64,000 nt of DNA from Promethearchaeati archaeon (GTDB lineage Archaea; Asgardarchaeota; Heimdallarchaeia; Heimdallarchaeales; Heimdallarchaeaceae): assembly GCA_013166775.1 (NCBI GenBank), contig JABLTJ010000011.1:1-64000 (forward strand). The letters run 5' to 3'. The position numbers and the translations under genes were made by a program. Shown one piece after another: positions 1-10,715 of this stretch (the stretch's first letter is position 1; every line of letters starts with the position of its first letter). The notes beneath the pieces were generated by a model that was given only the letters and a program-made list of their open reading frames with translations, was not told where the DNA came from and made no database searches.

Positions 1-1
1 T

Positions 2-247
2 TTGATTGTCATCAACATGGCAGATATCATCGTAACCACAAGGACTGCAAAGCTCATCAAGAAAGGGTTGGACAACAAAACGAGTGTCGTGAAGGATGGA
101 GCGGATGAAATCAGCATGGAGAGGAAAGAAGAGATCATCATCAAGAAAAACCTTGCAAAACATAGGCTGGTAGCGACCTTTATCTTTAGTGTGAAAGGCA
201 ATGTAGAGCTGCATTTTTTCCCTGATAATATATTGTTCAAAGTACAT
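2..247 (-). CDS. Hypothetical protein, N-terminal part (runs off left edge)
   Basis: Manual minus-strand translation from ATG 247: MYFEQYIIREKMQLYIAFHTKDKGRYQPMFCKVFLDDDLFFPLHADFIRSILHDTRFVVQPFLDELCSPCGYDDICHVDDNQ..., no stop to the edge; alternative ATG at 214. More protein-like than the + strand shadow ORF. Confidence 0.45.
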   Translation of the reverse strand, partial: MYFEQYIIREKMQLYIAFHTKDKGRYQPMFCKVFLDDDLFFPLHADFIRSILHDTRFVVQPFLDELCSPCGYDDICHVDDNQ

Positions 248-500
248 TTAAGCTTTGCGAAGCAGAAAAAGAGGGGAAAAGTGAAAATAAAAAAAGAAGG
301 AAAAAAAAGAAAGAAAGAAAAAAGTGAAACGAGAAAAGTTTAAAATAGGGAGAAGAGAGAGAGAATAAGAAAAAAAGAGAGTGAAAAGAGAAAGAAAGGG
401 TTGCAACAGCAACTTTTATAATTGTATCCACTCAGAAAAAGACAAAGCGTTAAAAAGGATTTGCAAATCTAATTACAAGGAATAGTGAAAGCGTGATCGT

Positions 501-1562
501 ATGAGTCGTCCACCTGAAGATGTGCTATTGGAAATAAAGGGACTAAAAACATATTTCTTTACAGAAGAGGGAGTAGTAAAAGCAATAGAATCAGTAGATA
601 TTGAGGTTTATAAATCAGAAACACTAGGATTAGTAGGAGAATCAGGTTCAGGAAAGTCAGTTACAGCACTTTCTATTCTAGGAATTGTACCAGATCCTCC
701 TGGAAAAATTCTTGATGGTCAAGTTGTTTTTCATGGTCAAGATCTTCGCCACCTCAGTGATGCTGATATGCGTAAAATCCGTGGTAATCAGATTGCTATG
801 ATTTTCCAAGATCCTATGACTAGTCTTAATCCTGTTTTTACTGTTGGTGATCAAATTAGTGAGGCTATTATGCTCCACCAAAAAGTTTCTAAGAAAGAGG
901 CTAAGGAGAAATCCATTAAGATTATGAGTTTAGTTGGTATTCCTTCTGCTGATGAACGTGTTGATAATTATCCTTTTGAGTTTAGTGGAGGTATGCGCCA
1001 GCGAGTTATGATTGCCATGGCTCTCAGCTGCAATCCTGAATTATTAATTGCCGACGAACCTTCCACCAGTCTCGATGTTACTATTCAAGCACAGATTCTT
1101 GAGCTTCTCAAAGCCACCAGTGAAGAGTTCGACATGAGTATCATACTTATTACCCATGATATGGGTGTCATCGCCGAGATGTGTGATCGTGTCGCTGTTA
1201 TGTATGCAGGCTATATTTGTGAAATTGGTGATATCATGATTATTTTCAAATCTCCTTTTCATCCATATACACGAGGTCTTTTAGGAGCCATCCCTCGTCC
1301 TGATGCTGAGCGCGAGGATTTAACTATTATCAGAGGTGCAATACCCAATTTAATTAATCCTCCTTCAGCATGTCGATTCCATCCTCGTTGTGATTATTTC
1401 ATGCAAGGTTTATGTGATGTTATTCTACCATCAATTATTGAAGTTGAACCAGGTCATGATATTCGATGTCATATCTATACTGAAGAAGGTAAGGCTTGGA
1501 TGCAAAAACATGGCCAGCAAAGAGAGATTGGCAAAATCCCTATCGGTAAAGCAATAAATTAG
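501..1562 (+). CDS. oppD: Oligopeptide/dipeptide ABC transporter ATP-binding subunit
   Basis: Walker A GESGSGKS, signature FSGGMRQR, Walker B LIADEP, C-terminal HPYT and CRFHPRC oligo_HPY domain. Confidence 0.95.
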   Translation: MSRPPEDVLLEIKGLKTYFFTEEGVVKAIESVDIEVYKSETLGLVGESGSGKSVTALSILGIVPDPPGKILDGQVVFHGQDLRHLSDADMRKIRGNQIAMIFQDPMTSLNPVFTVGDQISEAIMLHQKVSKKEAKEKSIKIMSLVGIPSADERVDNYPFEFSGGMRQRVMIAMALSCNPELLIADEPSTSLDVTIQAQILELLKATSEEFDMSIILITHDMGVIAEMCDRVAVMYAGYICEIGDIMIIFKSPFHPYTRGLLGAIPRPDAEREDLTIIRGAIPNLINPPSACRFHPRCDYFMQGLCDVILPSIIEVEPGHDIRCHIYTEEGKAWMQKHGQQREIGKIPIGKAIN

Positions 1563-1571
1563 GTGTTTAAA

Positions 1572-2789
1572 ATGAGTAAAGATTATCAAGATAAATCATT
1601 CATTGACAGAATTGCACAAAAACAACAAGATGATCGTATTAGAACCATAGAAATGGAAAAAGACGTAGTACTTCAAGTTAAAGATTTGAGAAAATTCTTT
1701 GATATTCCAATTCCTTTTGAAACCACTTGGTTTATGATTGCTTTTGTTGGAGCAATAGTTGTTTTTGCATTTAATCAAATCGCAGGTCTTGGACTAATTG
1801 CAGGAATAATCGTAGTTTATTTTACTTTACCTCGTATTCCACCTTTTAACAAAAGACCTAAGGTTGCTCATTTAAAAGCTGTAGATGGGATAGATCTAAA
1901 AATCAAAAAAGGAAAGATAGTTGGACTCGTAGGTGAATCAGGCTGTGGGAAAAGTACAGCAGCTAAAACAATCATTAGATTATTAGAACCAACCTCTGGA
2001 GCAGTATATTTCAAAGGAATTGATATTAATCGTCTTACTTCTGAGGAGATGAAGGAAATCAGGAGACACTTACAGATTGTTTTCCAAGATCCTTATGCTT
2101 CCCTCAATCCTCGTGCTACTGCACACGACATTATCATTGAACCTTTTGATATTCATGGAGTAGCTTCTGGTGATGAAGCCAGTTATAAGGTTTTAACCCT
2201 CTTAAAAGATGTAGGATTAGCTCCCCACCATGCTTACCGCTATCCTCACGAATTCAGTGGAGGACAAAGACAAAGATTAGGAATTGCCAGAGCTTTAGCT
2301 TTGGAACCTGACTTCATAGTAATGGATGAACCTGTTTCAAACTTAGATGTATCAGTTCGTGCAGCAATTATCCAGTTAATTCTTGATTTACAAAAGAAAA
2401 TGGGACTTACTTACCTATTCATTGCTCATGATCTCTCCCTTATCAAAATCTTAGTTGATGAAGTTAATGTAATGTACCTTGGAAAAATTATGGAAGCTGG
2501 TACCAGTGATGAGATATTTGAATCAATGATGCATCCCTATACAAAAGCATTGATATCTGCAGTACCAATTGCAGATCCAACCAAGAGATCAAAGAAAATT
2601 TTCTTAACAGGTGACATTCCTACACCAATAAACCCACCACCAGGATGCAAATTCCAAACAAGATGTCCATTAGTGTCAGATATCTGCCGTGTAGAAGACC
2701 CTCCTGCAAAATGGTACACTAATTCTCATGTTGCTTACTGCCATAATATTGAAGGTGGAGAAGAAAGTCCTGAATTCTTTGCAAAATAG
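1572..2789 (+). CDS. oppF: Oligopeptide/dipeptide ABC transporter ATP-binding subunit with inserted hydrophobic hairpin
   Basis: GESGCGKS, FSGGQRQR, VMDEP, HPYT, CKFQTRCP. ATG 1572 follows an AGGTG SD that overlaps the oppD stop. Confidence 0.93.
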   Translation: MSKDYQDKSFIDRIAQKQQDDRIRTIEMEKDVVLQVKDLRKFFDIPIPFETTWFMIAFVGAIVVFAFNQIAGLGLIAGIIVVYFTLPRIPPFNKRPKVAHLKAVDGIDLKIKKGKIVGLVGESGCGKSTAAKTIIRLLEPTSGAVYFKGIDINRLTSEEMKEIRRHLQIVFQDPYASLNPRATAHDIIIEPFDIHGVASGDEASYKVLTLLKDVGLAPHHAYRYPHEFSGGQRQRLGIARALALEPDFIVMDEPVSNLDVSVRAAIIQLILDLQKKMGLTYLFIAHDLSLIKILVDEVNVMYLGKIMEAGTSDEIFESMMHPYTKALISAVPIADPTKRSKKIFLTGDIPTPINPPPGCKFQTRCPLVSDICRVEDPPAKWYTNSHVAYCHNIEGGEESPEFFAK

Positions 2790-2830
2790 TCTTTCTTTTC
2801 TTTTTTATTCTATTTTCTTATTTATTTTTA
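2790..2830 (+). terminator. Oligo-T archaeal-type terminator
   Basis: TCTTTCTTTTCTTTTTTATTCTATTTTC directly after the oppF stop. Confidence 0.55.
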
Positions 2831-2917
2831 GTATGTCATAATGAAACAATGTTTATTAGTATAAAATTAAAGTACTATTTGTTATTAGTTTCACGTGATT
2901 ATATGTGAGGAGATTAC

Positions 2918-3670
2918 ATGAGTAGAGTAAACCTTGAATCAGCAAAAAATAATATTGAAAGAATTCTTACTAGTTTAAATGAAATCCAGCAACTTCTGAC
3001 TAGTAAAAATCAAGAGATTAATTCTAAAGTTCGAGATTTTAATGACACTTTAACAGCTTATTACAAGCAAGCTGAAGAAAAAAATCAGCTAATTAATCAA
3101 GAGGAAGAGAAAAAAGCAAGTAATACTGTTCTACTGGATCAGAATAACCAAAAGCTACAAGGATTAAACCACACTAAGGATGTTCTACAATCCGAGATTT
3201 CAAGTAAACAACGAGATATTGAACAATTATCTGCTATGATTCTAGAAAGAGAGAAGCTCTTTACGGAGTTGAGTGTTCAAATTGATTCCTTAAATGAGAG
3301 AATATCAGAACTAAAGCGTAAAGACGAGGAAATAGAAGTTCTCACTCAAGTTACTTTAGATGAAACTAAAGATGAACTAAGAAAGAAAGAGATTCATCAT
3401 GCTGAATTGTTAACAGAGTATAACAAAATGATTTCAAGATCGAAAGCTCTCAAATATTTGGTAAAACAGGATATAATTAACTTACCTGAAATTCAAGTAA
3501 TAAGAAACTTAACAGTTCCCGGTGTTGATAATGAAGAGAACTTGAAGAAAACTTCTGGAGTTTCCGATCAGATCATTAGAAATATGCTAACTGATTTAGA
3601 TACGAGAGGTATCATAGCTTTTGATATACATACTGGTAAATTCCAGGTTTTAACGGAGTTGGATATTTAG
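2918..3670 (+). CDS. Coiled-coil protein with C-terminal winged-helix domain (paralog A)
   Basis: About 175 aa of heptad-rich helix, then YLVKQDIINLPEIQVI...LKKTSGVSDQIIRNMLTDLDTRGIIAFD (HTH plus wing); GAGGAG SD. Confidence 0.8.
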   Translation: MSRVNLESAKNNIERILTSLNEIQQLLTSKNQEINSKVRDFNDTLTAYYKQAEEKNQLINQEEEKKASNTVLLDQNNQKLQGLNHTKDVLQSEISSKQRDIEQLSAMILEREKLFTELSVQIDSLNERISELKRKDEEIEVLTQVTLDETKDELRKKEIHHAELLTEYNKMISRSKALKYLVKQDIINLPEIQVIRNLTVPGVDNEENLKKTSGVSDQIIRNMLTDLDTRGIIAFDIHTGKFQVLTELDI

Positions 3671-3679
3671 GTGAGTAAA

Positions 3680-4432
3680 ATGATGGAAGAAAAGATGATT
3701 AGAATTTTAGATGAATTGAAACAGGATTTTGAAGAATTATCAACAAGAAAAACTTCAGTTATTTCAACAGTTAAGATGACTATAGAAACGACTACAGATG
3801 ATGTAAGAGCTATACCTGGTTTCATAACTTCATTACAAACAACCATTCAAAACCTTCAACAAATGAACAGGGATTTAGAAGAAAAAATCATGCAAGCTCA
3901 ACAATCAATTGACACTGTTACTACAGAGACTGAGATTAGTTCAAGTAATAAATCTGATCTGGAAACTACCGAGGAAAGAAAACGAAACCAGAAAGCAGAC
4001 TTGGAAGTTCAAATAGAAGAATACCAAAATAAGAAAGTTCAACTTGAAAAGGAGTTTCAGGAGCTCACTCATCTTGTGAGTATGAAAGATAATGACTACA
4101 ATCAGCTACAGGTAACTATAAAGCAAGAAATCGATGCGATAAATCAAAAAATAAGTGAAGCTGGTACGAGATTAGAGTCAGCTAAAGAAGAAAATAAACT
4201 CATAGTTTATTTGATGGATTCTGGACTTTTGGATGTTCCAGAAGCTGAAGTTGTCTCAATAATTGCCTCTTATCCAAACGGTTTGACAATGACAGAAATT
4301 AAAGAAAGAGTAAGTATGGCACCAGTTAGAGTTCAGCCTACAATTAACAATCTTCTTGAAAAAGTTCTAGAACATGATCCTGTATCTGATTCTTATAGAA
4401 TACTTGATACAATAAAGAAAGAACTAAATTAA
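3680..4432 (+). CDS. Coiled-coil protein with C-terminal winged-helix domain (paralog B)
   Basis: Same architecture: YLMDSGLLDVPEAEVV...GLTMTEIKERVSMAPVRVQPTINNL. AGGTGA SD overlaps the upstream TAG. Confidence 0.8.
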   Translation: MMEEKMIRILDELKQDFEELSTRKTSVISTVKMTIETTTDDVRAIPGFITSLQTTIQNLQQMNRDLEEKIMQAQQSIDTVTTETEISSSNKSDLETTEERKRNQKADLEVQIEEYQNKKVQLEKEFQELTHLVSMKDNDYNQLQVTIKQEIDAINQKISEAGTRLESAKEENKLIVYLMDSGLLDVPEAEVVSIIASYPNGLTMTEIKERVSMAPVRVQPTINNLLEKVLEHDPVSDSYRILDTIKKELN

Positions 4433-4625
4433 TTTAACTCTGGAAATAGAATTTGAGGGAATTTTTTTTCTATTTTTCACATAAGGAAAGAGAACTCTTG
4501 CTTTGTAAAAACTGTATCCATGACATTAAACTATGTGTATTTATTGCAGAGATAGCGTAATCTTTTTGAAGCAATGTAAAATTGAGAAATTGAATCCGTA
4601 TTCATAATACGTATTGAGGTTATGA

Positions 4626-5969
<1,344 letters not shown>

Positions 5970-6022
5970 AACTCTGAAAAATCAAAAATAACAGGATAAA
6001 TCCTGTTCTCATTTTTCTTCTT

Positions 6023-8986
6023 TTAAATAGGTTCTACGATTATTCCTTCTCCTTTTTGAGCATCTATTCTGATTATCATGGGTTTCTTTGTTCTTATATG
6101 TCTTACATATTCTAAATCAGTTACAATTTCCTGTTTTTCTAGCCAATCCCAATTTATAACTTGTTCATCTTTGTTGTATTTAATATGGAAGTAACCAATA
6201 TTTGATGTCACAATATTATGGAAGAAATGACTTCCTTGTGAAAAATCTACTTGAAAACCCTCTAAACCTGCTTCAATAATAATTTTAGCACTGCTGATAT
6301 TATTCCATTTTGCAGGTATTCCAAGAAATCTATCAGCAGTTCCCCATCTACCAAAACCAATTAAAACAGAATCTGTCTTTGATTTGTATAAATTAGCATT
6401 AACTTGATCAATCTCTTCAGCAATCTTAAGTGTCTGTGTTTTATCAAACTTATCAGGTTTCACGAAAATAATATCTCGCAGGTCTTTTCTGATGAGATTA
6501 CCTGATACATGTGTCGAATGAGCTATTACATTTTTTATATCAGCTGAATCTAACTCCTCAATCATCATTGCTTCTTGGTATAGATAGGGTCGAATTTGTA
6601 GAATAACAAATTTATCTTTCTCATCTTTGAATTTCTTAAAATTTCCTGCAAACTCTATTTCAATTGAACTTCCTAGAGCTTTCTCACCCATTATTAGTAT
6701 TTTCGTAATAATTTTAGCAAGAGGAAAGGTTTCCAATTTTAATTGATTGCCAAAAGTTATAACAGGAGAACCTTCATCAAAATATCCTTCACGTAAAATT
6801 TGAGAACTGAAATCATAGGTATCAGCTATATGTGATAATGTTCTATCTTCAATAGCATCACTTAGATTATACTTTACAGTAAAGGGATCATATTCCAAAA
6901 TGTCGAATGCTTTGTACATTAAATCAATTGCATAGAAATTCTTTTGACTTAAATCTAATAATTTATCAGGAGTTGAATGGTAATTCAGTTTAGGATATTT
7001 TGGACAGAATCTAACTGAGGCACCACCATCAAGTATGGTTTTCCCAAGACCAAGTGCTACATGAGCAATCCTATCCTCAGGTTTCATATAGTCACCAAAT
7101 GGATAGAAGTTATAGGATGCAGCTGCGCCTGAAAAGTCAGGATAGAACCTATTATTATGTTCTCTACCAACAACATCCTGAATAACAACAGCCATTTTTG
7201 ATTCCTCAACAGTATAACTGATAGTTTCAGCATACGTTTTAGCAAGTTTTAGAAAAGGAGATGCGTATACTAATTTTATAGCTATACACAGCTGCTCTAA
7301 TCTATCTTTTTCATTAAGGCTATTGTTTGGCAACATATACGTGTCAAATATTCCAGCGAAAGGTTGGTAAGCAGAATCTTCTAGAAGACTGGAAGAACGT
7401 ACTGCTAATGGGCCATTTAAATCTCTTAGTAAGAAATCCAAATCATCTCTTAGGCTCTTTGATAATTTTGCTTTGGTAAAACGTTCTTTAATTTCCTGGT
7501 CTGATACATCAGACAAAGCAAATTCATACAGATTATTGTCTTCCATAAATCTATCAAATTCATCAGTACCAATTACAATTGTTTTCGGTATTTCTATAAT
7601 GACATTTTTAAATTCAACATCAATCATAAAGGAGTTAAGCAAAAACATTAAAAACGCAAGTCCTCGACCTTTTCCTCCCAAAGAACCGGGTCTTAGACGT
7701 ATAAAGAGAATTTCAGGATGATACGATTCTCTAGAAAAATCATTTACTATTCCTCGAGTCTTTTCAATCACAACTTCATTTATGCTTTGTATCAAAAACG
7801 ATCTTAGCTCATCCTCATTAAACTCTGATACTTTTCGTGGTTTAAGTTTTTGTGCTATTTCAAATTCTCCTCTTGCATTTAACCAGTTGGAGAAGTGATC
7901 GTTTTTTCCATGATAAATGAGAGAGCTCTCGGGTATCTTTTCTAATTGCTCATAAAAATCTAAAATATCTTTAGCCTTTCCAACAATTTTACCTTCACTA
8001 TCTTTGAAAATAAAATCACCAAAGCCAACATTATTCAATAACCAATTTTTTAGGTCCCACACCATTCCATGAGATCTTTTATGAATAAATGAATAACCTT
8101 GTTCTTCAGCTTTTTCTTTATATTTTTCTTTGCTAGATTGCAGAATTATTGGAAGATTCGCATGCTCTTTTCGTAGTTTTTCAGCAAAAGTAAAACCTGC
8201 AGATTTATCCAGTTCACCATTCCGGGAAAATTCTATATCAAGAATAACTCCCATGACATTTTCCTCGAATTTCTCATAATATGCTAATGCCTCTTCATAA
8301 GTTTCAGCGAGAAGAATTTTAGGTCTAATCCGCATCTTGAGTAAATCTTGAAAATCATTTCTACCTTCTGTAATCAATCGATGCGTTTGACGCATAAGTT
8401 CTCCATAAATCTCAGGTAGAAGAAGAGAGTAAAAACGGATTGAATCGTCTACAAAAATAAAAACTTGGACGTCTCCAGTTTTTGTATCATACTCTGCGTT
8501 AATTTTATCTTCTAGATGCTTGATTATTGCTACAAAGAGCTTTGAATCTCCATTCCACACAAAAATGCGGTCTATTCCTTTTCGTTTATCATAATCAGGA
8601 ACATATTTGATTTCCATAACGCTATTAAGAAGAAGAATTACTGGTATTTCTTGTATTTCTTTTACTTGCTCTCCAAAAGTAAACGCATCTATTTCTCCCA
8701 ATCTCCTCATGGTTATGACGAGATCGAAGTTTTTTTCCTTGAGTATATCAATAGCTTCTTGGGCAGAAGATACTCTGGTTATTCTAGGCAGTGTTCTTAA
8801 GTTTAGATTTTTGAATTCTTCGTAAATTTGATCTGAAAGTCTTCCATCCTCTTCAATCATAAAACTGTCATAAATGCTTGAAACTAGAAGCACATTGTGC
8901 ATTCTCTTAGACATTAGTTCATGAAATATCTTATATTTAGGTTTATAATCAAAGTAGAAACTTTCTTCACCATACTCTGTAGTCAA
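6023..8986 (-). CDS. Receiver-like domains fused to PEP synthase/PPDK N-terminal (ATP-grasp) domain
   Basis: SLGGKGRGLAF, PLAVRSSSLLED, FAGIFDT, GLGKT, IEIEFA, LQIRP. REC-like N-terminal segments; no His-swivel or PEP-binding barrel. Confidence 0.88.
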   Translation of the reverse strand: MTTEYGEESFYFDYKPKYKIFHELMSKRMHNVLLVSSIYDSFMIEEDGRLSDQIYEEFKNLNLRTLPRITRVSSAQEAIDILKEKNFDLVITMRRLGEIDAFTFGEQVKEIQEIPVILLLNSVMEIKYVPDYDKRKGIDRIFVWNGDSKLFVAIIKHLEDKINAEYDTKTGDVQVFIFVDDSIRFYSLLLPEIYGELMRQTHRLITEGRNDFQDLLKMRIRPKILLAETYEEALAYYEKFEENVMGVILDIEFSRNGELDKSAGFTFAEKLRKEHANLPIILQSSKEKYKEKAEEQGYSFIHKRSHGMVWDLKNWLLNNVGFGDFIFKDSEGKIVGKAKDILDFYEQLEKIPESSLIYHGKNDHFSNWLNARGEFEIAQKLKPRKVSEFNEDELRSFLIQSINEVVIEKTRGIVNDFSRESYHPEILFIRLRPGSLGGKGRGLAFLMFLLNSFMIDVEFKNVIIEIPKTIVIGTDEFDRFMEDNNLYEFALSDVSDQEIKERFTKAKLSKSLRDDLDFLLRDLNGPLAVRSSSLLEDSAYQPFAGIFDTYMLPNNSLNEKDRLEQLCIAIKLVYASPFLKLAKTYAETISYTVEESKMAVVIQDVVGREHNNRFYPDFSGAAASYNFYPFGDYMKPEDRIAHVALGLGKTILDGGASVRFCPKYPKLNYHSTPDKLLDLSQKNFYAIDLMYKAFDILEYDPFTVKYNLSDAIEDRTLSHIADTYDFSSQILREGYFDEGSPVITFGNQLKLETFPLAKIITKILIMGEKALGSSIEIEFAGNFKKFKDEKDKFVILQIRPYLYQEAMMIEELDSADIKNVIAHSTHVSGNLIRKDLRDIIFVKPDKFDKTQTLKIAEEIDQVNANLYKSKTDSVLIGFGRWGTADRFLGIPAKWNNISSAKIIIEAGLEGFQVDFSQGSHFFHNIVTSNIGYFHIKYNKDEQVINWDWLEKQEIVTDLEYVRHIRTKKPMIIRIDAQKGEGIIVEPI

Positions 8987-9101
8987 TTATACTTCCCCCA
9001 AAGCTTGGGTTTATTATATTTACATTGCTGTAACTCAATATAACAATTATTGTTCAGATAAAAATATCGTTCCATCGGGATAAGAAGAGAAGATGTGTAT
9101 T

Positions 9102-9704
9102 CTAGTCCTTTGATTTAGCTAAAATCCAATAGTGTTGTTCTCCTCCCCTTTCTAAAACTTCTTCAGATATAATCTCAAATCCAGCATCCTTCACTAATTC
9201 TATTGATTGTTCAGTACTATGTTGACTCCAAAACATCTTTGCACCAAAATAATCGTCGATTACTTCCCATTCATCTGAACCCAAAACAATCATCATTAAT
9301 CCTCCTGATTTGAGTATTTTTTGAAATTTTTTGAAGAGAGGTGCATGTTTTTCACGTGGCAAATGTATGATAGCATAGAAAGAGACAATACCATCAAAAG
9401 TATCGTCAGGAAAATCCATCTCACTCATATCGATTTTAAAAAACTCACCTTTAGGAACATGCTTCTTTGCTAAGGAAAGCATTTTCTCGGAAATATCTAT
9501 ACCAGTAACGGAAAAACCTTCATCAACAAGATATTTTGTAACTGGAACGCCAGCCCCACAACCAACATCTAAAAGCTTGGCCCCTGGAATTAATAAATTA
9601 GTGAACTGTTTTAGTTCAACTATGCTTTCAAATTTGTTTCTTTCAGAGTGATATTTGAGAGCAATTTTATTATATCCTTCCTCAACTATCTTTTCTTTCT
9701 TCAT
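9102..9704 (-). CDS. Class I SAM-dependent methyltransferase
   Basis: LLDVGCGAG, GIDIS, FDGIVSFYAIIH; likely start MKKEK at 9704. Confidence 0.9.
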   Translation of the reverse strand: MKKEKIVEEGYNKIALKYHSERNKFESIVELKQFTNLLIPGAKLLDVGCGAGVPVTKYLVDEGFSVTGIDISEKMLSLAKKHVPKGEFFKIDMSEMDFPDDTFDGIVSFYAIIHLPREKHAPLFKKFQKILKSGGLMMIVLGSDEWEVIDDYFGAKMFWSQHSTEQSIELVKDAGFEIISEEVLERGGEQHYWILAKSKD

Positions 9705-9874
9705 ATAGTGTCGGCAGACAGCGAAAAATATAAACAATTCCTTTCTAGAGGGTAGAAGCAATAGATTTTCTCTTCAAAGCATTGTGCAAAAATTTTATAA
9801 TGGTCTCAGCAGATATTACTTAGAGTGGTATAAGCTATTCTATTGTATAGAAGATGAAGTAGGAAGAACCAACA

Positions 9875-10537
9875 ATGTCCCATAGAGAAAATCAAGGTGA
9901 TGATGCCGCACTTAAAGGAGAGATTTACCAAGATTTCACAAAATACCAACCATTATCTGAAAGAGATGCATTGATAATTGAGATGTATGATGAGGGACTG
10001 TCTACCTACGAAATAGCAGAAATTCTTGAGATAAATAGACATACAGCTTCAAAAGTTCTCAAGGAAAATGAAATCCAGACAAGAACAATAGCTGATTATC
10101 ATAAACTAAAACATCACGACATTGTACACTTATTTAAGCAAGGTAAAACAAAACACGAAATAGCTAAAGAATTGAACATAACATACTATACAGTAAGGAA
10201 AGTTCTAGAGGATAAAGGGTTAGTACTAAATAAGAAAGATAGGGAAACGCTAGCAATAGCTAGATATATCCAGATGAAAAACAAAGGATATGAGAATGAT
10301 TCAATCGCTATATTCTTGGATATGACTGAGAAACAACTGAACAGATTAATTCGTAATTCAGGAGTAAATGTTTCAACAGTTAGACATAAATCTAGAAATA
10401 TGGATGTTCTTCCTGATATAGTTCTTCAATGTTTGAAAGGCATGACTCTATCCAAGATATCTATGAAGTACAAAATTGATCTTGTTTTAGTAAAAGAAAT
10501 TCTGTATGAGTTTGGTTTATGCACTCGAAAAAATTGA
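9875..10537 (+). CDS. Protein of four tandem helix-turn-helix repeats
   Basis: Four units of the type Y..G.S..EIA..L.I...T..KVL...G; TTTATAA box near 9795. Confidence 0.8.
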   Translation: MSHRENQGDDAALKGEIYQDFTKYQPLSERDALIIEMYDEGLSTYEIAEILEINRHTASKVLKENEIQTRTIADYHKLKHHDIVHLFKQGKTKHEIAKELNITYYTVRKVLEDKGLVLNKKDRETLAIARYIQMKNKGYENDSIAIFLDMTEKQLNRLIRNSGVNVSTVRHKSRNMDVLPDIVLQCLKGMTLSKISMKYKIDLVLVKEILYEFGLCTRKN

Positions 10538-10715
10538 TGCAGTAAACGTAGTGGCTAACTCATTTTCCCTTATTTTGAGATTATTGTGCGAAAAAACCAA
10601 AAATATGAGAAAATTATAATTAGAGAGGATTTTGGGTTACTGTTTCGAGTAATACTTAATAAACAATGAATTTTTTCTTCTTAAAAAGAGAAAAAAACTT
10701 CAAGATTGTGGTCAA

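Noticed and set aside
2-431. ORFs 2..343 (+) and 237..431 (-)
   Set aside because: Their low-complexity K/E or F/S/L tails simply translate the polypurine tract; they are shadow frames.
2918-4432. Calling the coiled-coil pair SMC, ESCRT-III/CdvB or Hop2-Mnd1
   Set aside because: There are no Walker motifs or recognisable Snf7 core, and the wH is at the opposite end from Hop2-Mnd1. Only an architectural analogy is supportable.
6023-8986. Annotation as ppsA/ppdK
   Set aside because: The phospho-His and PEP-binding domains are absent.
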